Assembly: GCA_012960055.1 (NCBI GenBank)
Contig: DUCA01000074.1
Location: 1-32,608 of the forward strand
Reading direction: 5' to 3'
Origin: Cycloclasticus sp.
Lineage (GTDB): Bacteria; Pseudomonadota; Gammaproteobacteria; Methylococcales; Cycloclasticaceae
Length of the DNA: 32,608 nucleotides
The first letter of the stretch is position 1. Each line of letters begins with the position of its first letter. Shown here one piece after another: positions 18,182 to 27,519 of this stretch. Below the pieces are notes generated by a model. That model was not told the origin of the DNA, did not search any database, and was given only the letters and a program-made list of their open reading frames with translations. The translations under genes and the position numbers were made by a program.

Positions 18182-19093
18182 TTAATGCAAACCCATTACT
18201 GCCACCACTAATGAGGCGAACATCAAAAAGCCACCAAAAGAACGGTTGATCAATTGTCGTTTTGACAATCGTTCAATATGGCTAAAGCCAAATCTCGCCA
18301 TTAGATAAACCACACCAACAGCAATAAATCCACGTGATGATTGCACGATGTTAATCACCGTTACCTGCTGCGCTTGTTTAAAGGCAAACATCAATATAAT
18401 GATGCCAGCCAATTGCACTACAGCGTAAATAAATAACGTTTTTCTAAACGCCTTAGACACGTGCCAATCATTTTTAAAAATCACGGGCGATAATGGCATT
18501 AATAAAACCGTTGGCACAATAAAAACGAACACCGCTAAGTCCAAGCCGCCCATGCCCCTATTTAATAACAATACGACGGCAATATCGGCAAAGGCAAACA
18601 GCACACACGTTAACAATACAAAACCTAATGCTTTTGGTGATCCATGTAACTTTCTATCATTAAGAAAAAACAAACTAATGAAGGCACCCGCAGCACCGAG
18701 GTACACAATGGGGCTGTACGCTTCACTGAGAAACAACACCGAAAGCCCTGCCACAGCGAACATTTTGCAACCTAACATGGGGACAACGAAAGACGCATCG
18801 CCATGGCGTAAAGCATTTAAATAGGATGTTTGCGCAATCAGAACAAACGCGCACATCAACAATATTAATTCGATATTGGCCCACAGTTGATTTAAATCCA
18901 CCAAGGGCAGCAAACAAAAGCCAATCAAACCAACTGCGTACTGACTGTAAAAAGCCAGTTTAACGCGGTTATCAGAGTGCGCTAAAAACTGCTTGGTATA
19001 GGTAAAACTAAAGGCATGCAGCACAGAGGCAACGAGAGTAAGCCAAATATATGATGGGATTATGTTAATCAATGGAGGTCCTAATGAAGACAA
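18182..19093 (-). CDS. DMT/EamA-family membrane transporter
   Basis: About 10 hydrophobic segments in two repeats; ALRHGDASFVVP and LFLSE motifs. Start uncertain (TTG at 19093 or 19072). Confidence 0.75.
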   Translation of the reverse strand: MSSLGPPLINIIPSYIWLTLVASVLHAFSFTYTKQFLAHSDNRVKLAFYSQYAVGLIGFCLLPLVDLNQLWANIELILLMCAFVLIAQTSYLNALRHGDASFVVPMLGCKMFAVAGLSVLFLSEAYSPIVYLGAAGAFISLFFLNDRKLHGSPKALGFVLLTCVLFAFADIAVVLLLNRGMGGLDLAVFVFIVPTVLLMPLSPVIFKNDWHVSKAFRKTLFIYAVVQLAGIIILMFAFKQAQQVTVINIVQSSRGFIAVGVVYLMARFGFSHIERLSKRQLINRSFGGFLMFASLVVAVMGLH

Positions 19094-19149
19094 ACACCTT
19101 CATTAAAGGCATTGTATTTAAGGGTACGGCGTAGGCTTAAACTGGCAAA

Positions 19150-19917
19150 TTAAAACGTCGCTATTAACGTGCTAGCCGCCTGTTTTAACAGCATGGTATC
19201 GGCGCCAATTAAGAAGAAGCTTGCGCCCATTGCTTGATATACCTTCACTTGTTCAGGGTCGCCACAATACACCCCAACCGGTTTGCCGATGACTTGAATG
19301 CGTTTGATGGCATCCTCCACCACGCGTTGTACTTCTGGGTGCGCTGGTTGACCGATATAGCCCATTGCTGCGGCCAAATCTGCTGGGCCGATAAAAATGC
19401 CATCAACACCGTCTAACTGGGTAATCGCATCAAGTTCCGCGATACCTTCTGGGCTTTCTAATTGCAGAATCAAACACATATTGTCATCTGCTTTTTCAAA
19501 ATAGTCGGCTATTGAACCCCAACGTGTCGCACGTGTTAGCCCACCGCCCATGCCGCGAACACCTTTAGGCGGGTATTGCACCGCTTGTACCAATTGTTTA
19601 GCTTGCTCAGCCGACTCAACCATCGGTATCAACAATGTTTGGCCGCCAACGTCCAGCACCCGTTTAATGTCAGCGATATTGTGATCTTGCATGCGCACGA
19701 CTGAGTGCACGGGGTAAGCCGCCAATGCTTGCAACTGACTGGTGATGCTTTTTATATCGTTCGGGCCATGCTCACCATCTATCAATAACCAATCGAAACC
19801 CGTTGTTGCCATTAACTCGGCAGAAATAGGGTCTGCTAATGCCATGAATGCACCCAACTGCCGTTGGTTTGCTTGTATCGCTTTTTTGAAGTTATTTTCG
19901 GTTATTGATAATGACAT
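19150..19917 (-). CDS. hpaI: HpcH/HpaI-family class II pyruvate aldolase (BphF of RHA1 / ThnF type)
   Basis: GFDWLLIDGEHGPND, LDVGGQTLLIPMVES, YPPKGVRG, DGIFIGPADL. Confidence 0.9.
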   Translation of the reverse strand: MSLSITENNFKKAIQANQRQLGAFMALADPISAELMATTGFDWLLIDGEHGPNDIKSITSQLQALAAYPVHSVVRMQDHNIADIKRVLDVGGQTLLIPMVESAEQAKQLVQAVQYPPKGVRGMGGGLTRATRWGSIADYFEKADDNMCLILQLESPEGIAELDAITQLDGVDGIFIGPADLAAAMGYIGQPAHPEVQRVVEDAIKRIQVIGKPVGVYCGDPEQVKVYQAMGASFFLIGADTMLLKQAASTLIATF

Positions 19918-19943
19918 ATTAATGATTCCTGCAAGTAAACGAA

Positions 19944-20747
19944 CTAAACAAAACGGAAGCCGATGCTCCCCAATGAGCCAAAATCTGCGTGGAAGGTATC
20001 GCCACGTTCAACTGGCAACAAACGTGTGAATGAGCCCCCTAAAATAACTTGCCCAGGTTCCAATGCAATGCCGTGTGGTGCGAACCGTTTGGTAAGCCAC
20101 ACAATGCCATTGCCTGGGTGGTTCAATACACCTGCGGAAACACCGGTTTCTTCAATCAAGCCATTACGCGACACGATAGCGCCAATCCAACGTAAATCTA
20201 CATCTGTTGGCTTGACAGGCAAGCCACCGGTAATAAGGCCTGCACACGCCGCATTATCTGCAATTGTATCGAATACCTTACGACGTTTGCCGGTTTTTGG
20301 GTCAACACGAATCACCCGTGAATCAACAATCTCAATCGCTGGACACACGTAATCTGTTGCCGCAAGCACATCGGTTAAGGTGATATTGTCACCCTCTAAT
20401 CGCTTACCTAAAACAAAGGCAATTTCTACTTCAACCAACGGCGCGATAAAGCGATCAAAGGGAATTTCTGAATTATCTGAAAACACCATATCATCAAGCA
20501 AAGTACCGTAATCGGGTTCGGTAATGCCAGAAGCTTGCTGCATGGCTCGCGATGTTAAACCAATTTTTCGGCCAATGATTTTACGACCTTGAGCCAGCCT
20601 TAATTTAGTCCACTCCGCTTGTATTGCATAGCCATCGTCAATCGTCATCTCTGGGTATAGCAAAGAGAACTGTGGAATGGTGTTGCCGCTAGCCAGCGCT
20701 TTATCAAGCGCCAGCGCAGAAGCTTCCAGTGTTTTCTGGTCAAACAT
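19944..20747 (-). CDS. hpaH: 2-oxo-hept-4-ene-1,7-dioate hydratase family (HpaH/HpcG; BphE of RHA1 / ThnE type)
   Basis: KIGLTSRAMQ, EPDYG.LLDDM, EVEIAFVL, RKVFDTIADNAA, EETGVSAGVLNHP, LGGSFTR. Confidence 0.92.
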   Translation of the reverse strand: MFDQKTLEASALALDKALASGNTIPQFSLLYPEMTIDDGYAIQAEWTKLRLAQGRKIIGRKIGLTSRAMQQASGITEPDYGTLLDDMVFSDNSEIPFDRFIAPLVEVEIAFVLGKRLEGDNITLTDVLAATDYVCPAIEIVDSRVIRVDPKTGKRRKVFDTIADNAACAGLITGGLPVKPTDVDLRWIGAIVSRNGLIEETGVSAGVLNHPGNGIVWLTKRFAPHGIALEPGQVILGGSFTRLLPVERGDTFHADFGSLGSIGFRFV

Positions 20748-20750
20748 GTC

Positions 20751-21599
20751 CTATTTACCTAAGAAATGAGACATCACAATTGGATACATGCCGTCCCAAC
20801 GCTGAGTTTGCGCCCAATGCCCACAACGGTCCAATACGTGTAATTCAGCACGTTTGAGGTGCTCCAAGAAATACAAGCTGGTTTCCAGTGGAACAACCTG
20901 ATCTTGGCGTCCATGAATAATCGCCCATTCTTGTTCTATGCGGTTCAATACCGGTGGCGGAATAATCAGCTTGTCCATATCCTCGTTCATCGCTTTGAAC
21001 ATAATTTCTTGAATTGGACGCATTTTTGGATCCATCGCTTTTTCAAAACGGTCTTGCATCACTGCTTCTAAATCTTCAAAAATACTCGGGTCATACACAA
21101 AGCTTTCAATCAGTTCACGGTAACGTGCAACGCGTGGGTCATCGTAAAAACTCATCATACGAGCCAAGGTTGCAGATTTTTTAAACGGCGCGCCAATCGC
21201 ACCCATCAACATACATTTTTCAAAACGACTTGGCATTTCAACCACACACTGCAGCGCAAGCGCCCCACCCATTGAGTTGCCAATGACATTGGTTTTTTCA
21301 ATGCCTAACTCGTCCAACAAACCTTTAATTTGCTCAACACGATAGCCCATCCAACGGGCAATTTTATGCGGCGTCTCTTTGGGTAATTCAGATTGACCAA
21401 AACCAATCGCATCCGGCGCAATAACGTAAAAGTCTTTAGCCAAAATGGGCGTACATAAATTCCAGTTTGAAGCGGCGCTGGCACCCGGCCCTGCGCCATG
21501 TAACAACAGTAATGGTGGGTTTTTAGGGTTACCTGCAATTAAACAATTGCTGGCTAACTCACCTGATGGAATCATTTTTTCGACCATTTCAAAACTCAT
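20751..21599 (-). CDS. bphD: Meta-cleavage product C-C hydrolase (BphD of Rhodococcus RHA1 / ThnD type)
   Basis: PSG.LAS, LLHGAGPGA.AASNW, GNSMGG, FY.DPR...YRELI.SFVYDP, HGRQD..VPL.TSLY and LDRCGHWAQ..RWD closely follow RHA1 BphD as I recall it. Confidence 0.88.
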   Translation of the reverse strand: MSFEMVEKMIPSGELASNCLIAGNPKNPPLLLLHGAGPGASAASNWNLCTPILAKDFYVIAPDAIGFGQSELPKETPHKIARWMGYRVEQIKGLLDELGIEKTNVIGNSMGGALALQCVVEMPSRFEKCMLMGAIGAPFKKSATLARMMSFYDDPRVARYRELIESFVYDPSIFEDLEAVMQDRFEKAMDPKMRPIQEIMFKAMNEDMDKLIIPPPVLNRIEQEWAIIHGRQDQVVPLETSLYFLEHLKRAELHVLDRCGHWAQTQRWDGMYPIVMSHFLGK

Positions 21600-21631
21600 T
21601 GTGATACTCCTGATACATTATTGATACTCAA

Positions 21632-21663
21632 GCCCATTGAGAGGTTTTCATCCTTCAATGGGC
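21632..21663. other. Intercistronic stem-loop between the ABM and hydrolase genes
   Basis: GCCCATTGA (21632-21640) and TCAATGGGC (21655-21663) form a 9-bp inverted repeat with no clear U-tract on the transcribed (minus) strand. Confidence 0.5.
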
Positions 21664-21683
21664 CTAATTTTTATATTCGTTTT

Positions 21684-21980
21684 CTAAACATCAACCGTCG
21701 TTAAATATTTAGATGCTGGCGGTGCTGTTAATAATGCGCCCAATTTTTCCAAATCACCTCGCTCTGTACGCCAAGCAATATAACTTTCATGATCTGCGCG
21801 AACATCCCACTTTTCTAACAACACAATATTTAAAGGGTCGTCATCATTGCTTGTGACAACAACACTTTGGCAACCTTTATAAGCACGTGTATCCGGTAAA
21901 ATAGCTTCCAAGGTATTAATTAATTCTTCGCGGTGTTCTGCGCTCACTTGTAAATCTAACGTAACATCAATTGACATCAT
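21684..21980 (-). CDS. Antibiotic-biosynthesis-monooxygenase (ABM) / putative quinol monooxygenase domain protein
   Basis: 98 aa; LPDTRAYKGC, DDPLNIVLLEKW...DHESY..WR; AAGGA RBS. Confidence 0.8.
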   Translation of the reverse strand: MMSIDVTLDLQVSAEHREELINTLEAILPDTRAYKGCQSVVVTSNDDDPLNIVLLEKWDVRADHESYIAWRTERGDLEKLGALLTAPPASKYLTTVDV

Positions 21981-22231
21981 TATTTCCTTTTTTAAGTTTC
22001 AATTTTTTCATCTTAACAACCAAAATCTAAAGTAGCTTGAGACGGCAAATATAAGCAGGAATGTAATATCCCGCATTGCTTACTATCCAGAGTTCCAATG
22101 AGCAACCCGCCACTGACTCGCTAACAACTGTCGTGGACAACAACCCATGTTGACGTTCCACTGTAGCATTAACGCTAAGTCTGTTCGCCTATTTATCGAC
22201 AATGCATTTAACCCTCTCATGCAAACAGTCA

Positions 22232-22948
22232 TCAACCCGCTGATATTAAATAATCAACTAATTCCCCTGCCGCAGAGAAAAATGGCGAATGGCTGGTATT
22301 CATAGAAAAAACACGCTCTACGGGTGTTTCCGTATACATACGCTTTTGTAATGCCGGCAGCACAGCTCGATCTTGCAGACACTCAATATACACACGAGGA
22401 AGACGCCCAAATCTTTCAGCTGTGTAGTTAACAGGCGTCACAATACCCGCTATGGGCTCTGGCTTTATTAACGTCGTGGCTTTAGCAATATCTTCGATGC
22501 GGCAGTCATGATAAAAGGTTTCTTTGATTCCGGCAGGCTTAAAGCTAACACTGGTTTTGTCGATTGACATTTCTTTATGAGCATCAATTAAACTTCCCTC
22601 AATATCTGCCCCATACCCCAATCTAGCCACACCATTTGGCAATAAGAAACCACTGAGGTACACCAGTTTTCGAATGTTGCTAGGGCACTGTTCCGCTGCT
22701 TGTGTTATTGATATGCCACCCAGGCTATGGCCAACTAAAATAACAGGCTCTTGTTGTTGACCAATCACCTCACATATCTTATCTGCATACATCTGCAAGG
22801 TAATCGTTGAAATTGCAGTAAGGTCTTCGCCATGCGCGGGTAAATCAACCGCGACTGCACTGTGCCCTTTTTGTTCTAGAAGAGGCACCACTTTGTCCCA
22901 ACACCAAGCGCCATGCCAAGCGCCATGTATCAAGAGATAGCTAGCCAC
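22232..22948 (-). CDS. Alpha/beta hydrolase, salicylate/methyl-esterase (MES/HNL)-like
   Basis: LIHGAWHGAWCW, VDLPAHG, LVGHSLGG, YIECLQDRA, TSHSPFFS. Confidence 0.88.
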   Translation of the reverse strand: MASYLLIHGAWHGAWCWDKVVPLLEQKGHSAVAVDLPAHGEDLTAISTITLQMYADKICEVIGQQQEPVILVGHSLGGISITQAAEQCPSNIRKLVYLSGFLLPNGVARLGYGADIEGSLIDAHKEMSIDKTSVSFKPAGIKETFYHDCRIEDIAKATTLIKPEPIAGIVTPVNYTAERFGRLPRVYIECLQDRAVLPALQKRMYTETPVERVFSMNTSHSPFFSAAGELVDYLISAG

Positions 22949-22988
22949 CTAAACAGCCCATCAAGGTAATGTTATCCGCAACCGTGAA

Positions 22989-24062
22989 TTAAAAAATTTG
23001 CTCTGAGAAATTAAAGCTAAAGCCAAACAGCAGTGCACGACCCCCTTCCGCCCAGTATGTATCACGAAAACCACTCCGTTTGGATGTGATAGCTGCGCCT
23101 GTTTGTTCTTGATAATACTCGGCAAACAGCTTCACCTGTTTATTCAACTGGTAGTCATATCCTACATGAAAAATATCGCCGCCAAAGTTATCTACCTTTG
23201 CAACATGGCCATTAATCTTATGCAATCCTTTTTTATACTCGACATACAGATTGACGGCATCAGAGCCATCATTTCCATAAAAGCGCTTATCAGTCACATC
23301 ACTACGATGGCGTTCGTATTTAGCCGCAATGTAAAAATTCTGTATTTTATGAGACAACGATGCACCCACAAGCTGTTGACTATTTTCACCACCGGCATCA
23401 GTGAAACCAAACCCCAATTTAGTATCATTAATATTGTACGAAACAGTTAGTTGATTGCGGTCATCATATTGGCCGTTACTCTTTTTATAGCCATTTTTAT
23501 GCGCATGCATAAGACTAAAATTCAGCCCATTTACTTCGGGGCTTGAATAAACAATTGCTTGCTCAACTCGAAGTGCTGAATACGTTGCATATCCCGTGTA
23601 ATAAGAATTAAACCGGTCAACGGATGCAGACACGCTACTGTAATATGGCTCCCATCCTCTACCGACCCAAATGGAACCGTATGTCGGTAAATTAAGTTGA
23701 ATGTAGGCCAGTCTTTCTGTTGAATCAAAGACATCCCTATCTTGATCGAACGTATTATTTATCTCCATATTAACGGTATCAAAGGGAAGTTCTAGCAAAG
23801 CGAATGCACTCACTCCATTATCTAATTCATGCCCTAGTTTTAGTGCAACCCTCGTATATGCATCACGTAAATTCGTATAATCTTTATCTGTTTTTGCATC
23901 AGGAGAAACGGATTCAACTTGAGTACTAATCGTTCCAAACACCTCCAATTCGTATGCTACACCTGCTACAGGCATCCACAACAGGGATAGCAAAAGGAGT
24001 TGACTGAGTGGTAAAAGTCTCTGGCAGTTATTAAGCCTGCAACCATTCTTTTTATATTTCAT
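22989..24062 (-). CDS. Gram-negative porin
   Basis: Signal-peptide-like N-terminus; LEVFG...RVALKLGHELDNG.SAFALLE; ERLAYIQL...YGSIWVGRG; YSSPEVNG; terminal Phe. Confidence 0.8.
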   Translation of the reverse strand: MKYKKNGCRLNNCQRLLPLSQLLLLSLLWMPVAGVAYELEVFGTISTQVESVSPDAKTDKDYTNLRDAYTRVALKLGHELDNGVSAFALLELPFDTVNMEINNTFDQDRDVFDSTERLAYIQLNLPTYGSIWVGRGWEPYYSSVSASVDRFNSYYTGYATYSALRVEQAIVYSSPEVNGLNFSLMHAHKNGYKKSNGQYDDRNQLTVSYNINDTKLGFGFTDAGGENSQQLVGASLSHKIQNFYIAAKYERHRSDVTDKRFYGNDGSDAVNLYVEYKKGLHKINGHVAKVDNFGGDIFHVGYDYQLNKQVKLFAEYYQEQTGAAITSKRSGFRDTYWAEGGRALLFGFSFNFSEQIF

Positions 24063-24074
24063 ATTTATTTTTAA

Positions 24075-24962
24075 CTAATTTAATTTTAATTTTTTACTGA
24101 TAAAGTCATTAAACAACTGTATTTTTAATTGTTTGTATTGTTTTTCCTGATACACCAAATATATGCCTGCTGAACCTAAGTCATAATTAGGCAATAACTC
24201 AACCAATCGCCCTTCGCGTATATCATCAGCAACAATAAAATGAGACAAAACTGACACCCCTACCCCTTGTAACAATAAAGTTCTAACCGCTTCTGCATTG
24301 TTAGTTTTTATATTGCCTTCGACAGAAATAGTCTCCGTTTGTTTCTTTTGCTTAAATACCCATTCAGTCGGATTGGGCAATAGTGAAAAAATAATCCAAT
24401 GATGTTTTTCGAGTTCTTTGGGTGTCAGCACCGGATCGTATTGTTTTATGTATTTTGGACTCGCCGTTAAAACCATTCTTGAATCTGTAATTTTTTTGGC
24501 AACTAAGTTTGAGTCTTTCAACCAACCGACACGAACACTCACATCAATTCCTTCCTCCACCATATCAATCACCTGATCCTGCAACATAAGTTCTATATTC
24601 AGATTTGGGTATAATCGCATAAACTCGACGATTAACGGTGCAATGTAGACATTACCTATACTATTGGTTGCTGCAATCTTTAACGACCCAACTGGCTGAT
24701 TCTGAAGCACGCTAATTTCATTTTGCATGAATTGCGTTTCTTCAACGATTCTCTGACAACTTTGAAAATAAATTCGCCCAACTTCGGTAAGACTAAGTTG
24801 GCGAGTAGTTCGGTTTAGTAACCTTGCCCCAATCTGATTTTCTAATAAGGTGATATGTCGACTAACCGCTGATTTAGCCATCTTTAGCACCTTCGCCGCC
24901 TCAGTAAAACTGCCTAGGTCAACGACATGGTAGAAAATCATCATTCGGTTAAGGTTTTGCAT
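24075..24962 (-). CDS. LysR-type transcriptional regulator (CrgA/DmlR-like)
   Basis: GSFTEAAKVL.M.KSAVSRHI..LE..IGARLLNRTTRQLSLTE.G HTH; DMVEEGIDVSVRVG; ASPKY. Confidence 0.95.
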   Translation of the reverse strand: MQNLNRMMIFYHVVDLGSFTEAAKVLKMAKSAVSRHITLLENQIGARLLNRTTRQLSLTEVGRIYFQSCQRIVEETQFMQNEISVLQNQPVGSLKIAATNSIGNVYIAPLIVEFMRLYPNLNIELMLQDQVIDMVEEGIDVSVRVGWLKDSNLVAKKITDSRMVLTASPKYIKQYDPVLTPKELEKHHWIIFSLLPNPTEWVFKQKKQTETISVEGNIKTNNAEAVRTLLLQGVGVSVLSHFIVADDIREGRLVELLPNYDLGSAGIYLVYQEKQYKQLKIQLFNDFISKKLKLN

Positions 24963-24970
24963 ATACTTAT

Positions 24971-24989
24971 TGTTCTTAAAATTAGAACA
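24971..24989. promoter_or_regulatory. LysR-type recognition site (T-N11-A within an inverted repeat)
   Basis: TGTTCT-TAAAATT-AGAACA with T24974-N11-A24986, just upstream of the LysR start in the divergent intergenic region. Confidence 0.7.
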
Positions 24990-25079
24990 GTCTATTCTAT
25001 TATTGCTATATTGTTAAATTATATAGAAATTATTATTATAGCAACACTTAAAGTTACCTAAGATTATCAGGAGGACCTC

Positions 25080-26381
25080 ATGACACGCCAAATAAAAGCT
25101 TTTATAGGGTTGTTTTTACTATTCTTTAGCCATTTTGCACACGCAAATAATGGTTATTTCGCCATTGCTTACGGCGCTAAAATGATGGGCATGGCGGGTG
25201 CCGCTATTGCTTTCCCGCAAGATACACTAGCTGGCGCAGTCAACCCGGCCGGCATGTCTCAGGTTGAAGGACTCGATATTGGCGCAAGGTTTCTCTATTT
25301 ACCCCGTGATGCTGAGTTTGACTGCCGAGGCATTGGCGCCTGTGATGAGCTGGTACGAGATGACAGCCGACGAAATTATTGGTTAATCCCGAACTTTGGC
25401 TTGAACAAACGATTAAGTGATAAAAGCACACTCGGGGTTACCGTGTATGGCAATGGCGGCATCAACACAACGTATAGAAAACGCTTATTTACTGAAACAG
25501 CTGAACGTGTTCTAGGTGCTCCAAGTATCACAACCAATGGGCACTTAGGCGTAGATTTTGCGCAAGTCATTATTGCCACTACCTACACCTACGAAATGAC
25601 TCCAAATAACTATATTGGGATATCTCCTTTAGTGGGCATTCAAAAATTTAGCGCGCAAGGTTTAGATTCTTTTCAAGGTGCTTCATCCGACCCCGGCAGC
25701 CTGACTGACAGAGGCGACGAGCTATCCTACGGACTTGGCATTAAAGTGGGCTGGTTTTACAAACCAAACAGCACCTACCAATTTGGTGCCTATTATTCGC
25801 CCAAGATGCAAATGACTAAAATGAAAAAGTATTCAGGCTTGTTTGCTAACAATGGTGACTTTGATATTCCTTCAAATTATGGCGTAGGAATGGCCATTAA
25901 TTTGTCAAAACAACTGTCCGTTGCTTTTGATGTAATGCGAATTAATTACAAGGATATTGATGCTTTATCAAATCCTGTACCAACTGCTTCAGAACTGAAC
26001 CCAGAAATAGGCTTTTCTGCCGACAGGCAACTGGGAGCGAAAGATAGCGCTGGTTTTGGTTGGAGAAGCATTACCGCGTATAAATTAGGGGTTCGCTACA
26101 TTCTTAACGATACGATTACGCTTCGAATGGGTGCAAACCTTGGTGAGGAACAAATCCCCAGACGGTCAGGCCTGCTAAACCCCATTACACCTGCCATGCC
26201 AGCTAAACATTTAACCGCTGGGTTTAGTTACAAAACCAATAAAAATTCAGAATGGTCTTTTGCTGTTATGCACGCCTTTCGCAATGAATTAACCGCACAG
26301 GACACCGCATTTTTAGGGGCGGACGTTAAGTTTGGCATCGCCGAAACAACCTTAGATGTCAGCTATACCTACAGCTACTAA
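25080..26381 (+). CDS. FadL/TodX/TbuX-family outer-membrane channel for hydrophobic compounds
   Basis: Signal peptide (AHA); NGYFAIAYGAKMMGMAGA...VNPAGM (NPA motif); YGNGGINTTY; GFGWR; terminal aromatic residue; AGGAGG RBS. Confidence 0.88.
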   Translation: MTRQIKAFIGLFLLFFSHFAHANNGYFAIAYGAKMMGMAGAAIAFPQDTLAGAVNPAGMSQVEGLDIGARFLYLPRDAEFDCRGIGACDELVRDDSRRNYWLIPNFGLNKRLSDKSTLGVTVYGNGGINTTYRKRLFTETAERVLGAPSITTNGHLGVDFAQVIIATTYTYEMTPNNYIGISPLVGIQKFSAQGLDSFQGASSDPGSLTDRGDELSYGLGIKVGWFYKPNSTYQFGAYYSPKMQMTKMKKYSGLFANNGDFDIPSNYGVGMAINLSKQLSVAFDVMRINYKDIDALSNPVPTASELNPEIGFSADRQLGAKDSAGFGWRSITAYKLGVRYILNDTITLRMGANLGEEQIPRRSGLLNPITPAMPAKHLTAGFSYKTNKNSEWSFAVMHAFRNELTAQDTAFLGADVKFGIAETTLDVSYTYSY

Positions 26382-26416
26382 CAAACATTCACATACATAA
26401 AAAGAGGATTTATAAA

Positions 26417-27490
26417 ATGACTGATTTATTTTCATCCATAAAAGTTGGCCCATATACGCTATCCAATCGCATCTTTATGGCGCCGATGACACGCAATAGA
26501 GCACCCGACACCATACCGAACGAGTTAATGAAAACGTATTACACCCAACGAGCCAGCTCCGGTTTAATTATTTCAGAAGGCGCACAAATCTCTCCGCAGG
26601 CCATCGGCTATCCTGGCACACCCGGCATACACACAGAAGAGCAAATTGCCGGATGGAAAACGATTACAGACGCGATTCATGAACAGGGTGGACATATCTT
26701 TTGCCAACTATGGCATGTCGGGCGAAGCTCGCATCCCGACCTTCAACCAAACAACGAGCTACCCGTTGCCCCATCGGCTATTAAACCGGCAGGTGAAGTA
26801 ATAACATTTGATGGCTCCAAACCATTTGTAGAACCAAGAGCTTTATCCATTGATGAAATTAAAGAAACCGTGACTGATTACGCCCATGCCGCCGAATGCG
26901 CTCTACAAGCAGGTTTTGATGGTGTTGAAATTCATGCGGCTAATGGCTACTTAATTGACCAATTTCTTCGCAATGGTACGAATCAACGAGACGACAATTA
27001 CGGTGGTTCAATTGAGAACAGAACACGATTCCTACTCGAAGTTGTTGACGCTGTTAATGCGGTTTGGGGTGCTTCTCGAGTAGCCGTTAGACTATCGCCA
27101 TTACAACCGTTTAATGACATGAAAGATTCTTCACCCGAACCTCTCTTTACCCACGTTGTTAAAGAACTTAACCAATACGGCTTAGCTTATCTCCATGTGA
27201 CAGAAATGGGTGCTGAAGTGCCTGGTGTTGCCGGCCCGGCTTTTGATTTAAAAAATCTACGTCCCTTATTTGATGGTGTATACGTCACTAACGCTGGCTA
27301 TGACAAACAACGTGGGAATGTGGCCATCGCTAAAAATAGCTGTGATGCTGTGGCATTTGGCGTACCGTTTATTGCCAACCCTGACCTTGCTCAACGCCTC
27401 GAACTAGACGCAGACTTAAATGAAGCCGATCCATCAAGTTTTTATGGCGGCGATTCAGCCGGCTATACAGACTATCCAAGCTTGGGTTAA
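26417..27490 (+). CDS. nemA: Old Yellow Enzyme-family alkene reductase (NemA-like)
   Basis: NRIFMAPMTR.RA, YYTQRAS.GLIISEG, QLWHVGR, EIHAANGYLIDQFL, YGGSIENR, FIANPDL, FYGG...GYTDYP. Confidence 0.92.
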   Translation: MTDLFSSIKVGPYTLSNRIFMAPMTRNRAPDTIPNELMKTYYTQRASSGLIISEGAQISPQAIGYPGTPGIHTEEQIAGWKTITDAIHEQGGHIFCQLWHVGRSSHPDLQPNNELPVAPSAIKPAGEVITFDGSKPFVEPRALSIDEIKETVTDYAHAAECALQAGFDGVEIHAANGYLIDQFLRNGTNQRDDNYGGSIENRTRFLLEVVDAVNAVWGASRVAVRLSPLQPFNDMKDSSPEPLFTHVVKELNQYGLAYLHVTEMGAEVPGVAGPAFDLKNLRPLFDGVYVTNAGYDKQRGNVAIAKNSCDAVAFGVPFIANPDLAQRLELDADLNEADPSSFYGGDSAGYTDYPSLG

Positions 27491-27519
27491 CTGACTTTTC
27501 AATAAAACCATAGACTGTT

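Noticed and set aside
19150-20747. 4-hydroxyphenylacetate/homoprotocatechuate (hpa) pathway
   Set aside because: hpaB/C/D/E/F/G are absent from the window, and the preceding gene is a BphD/ThnD-type hydrolase.
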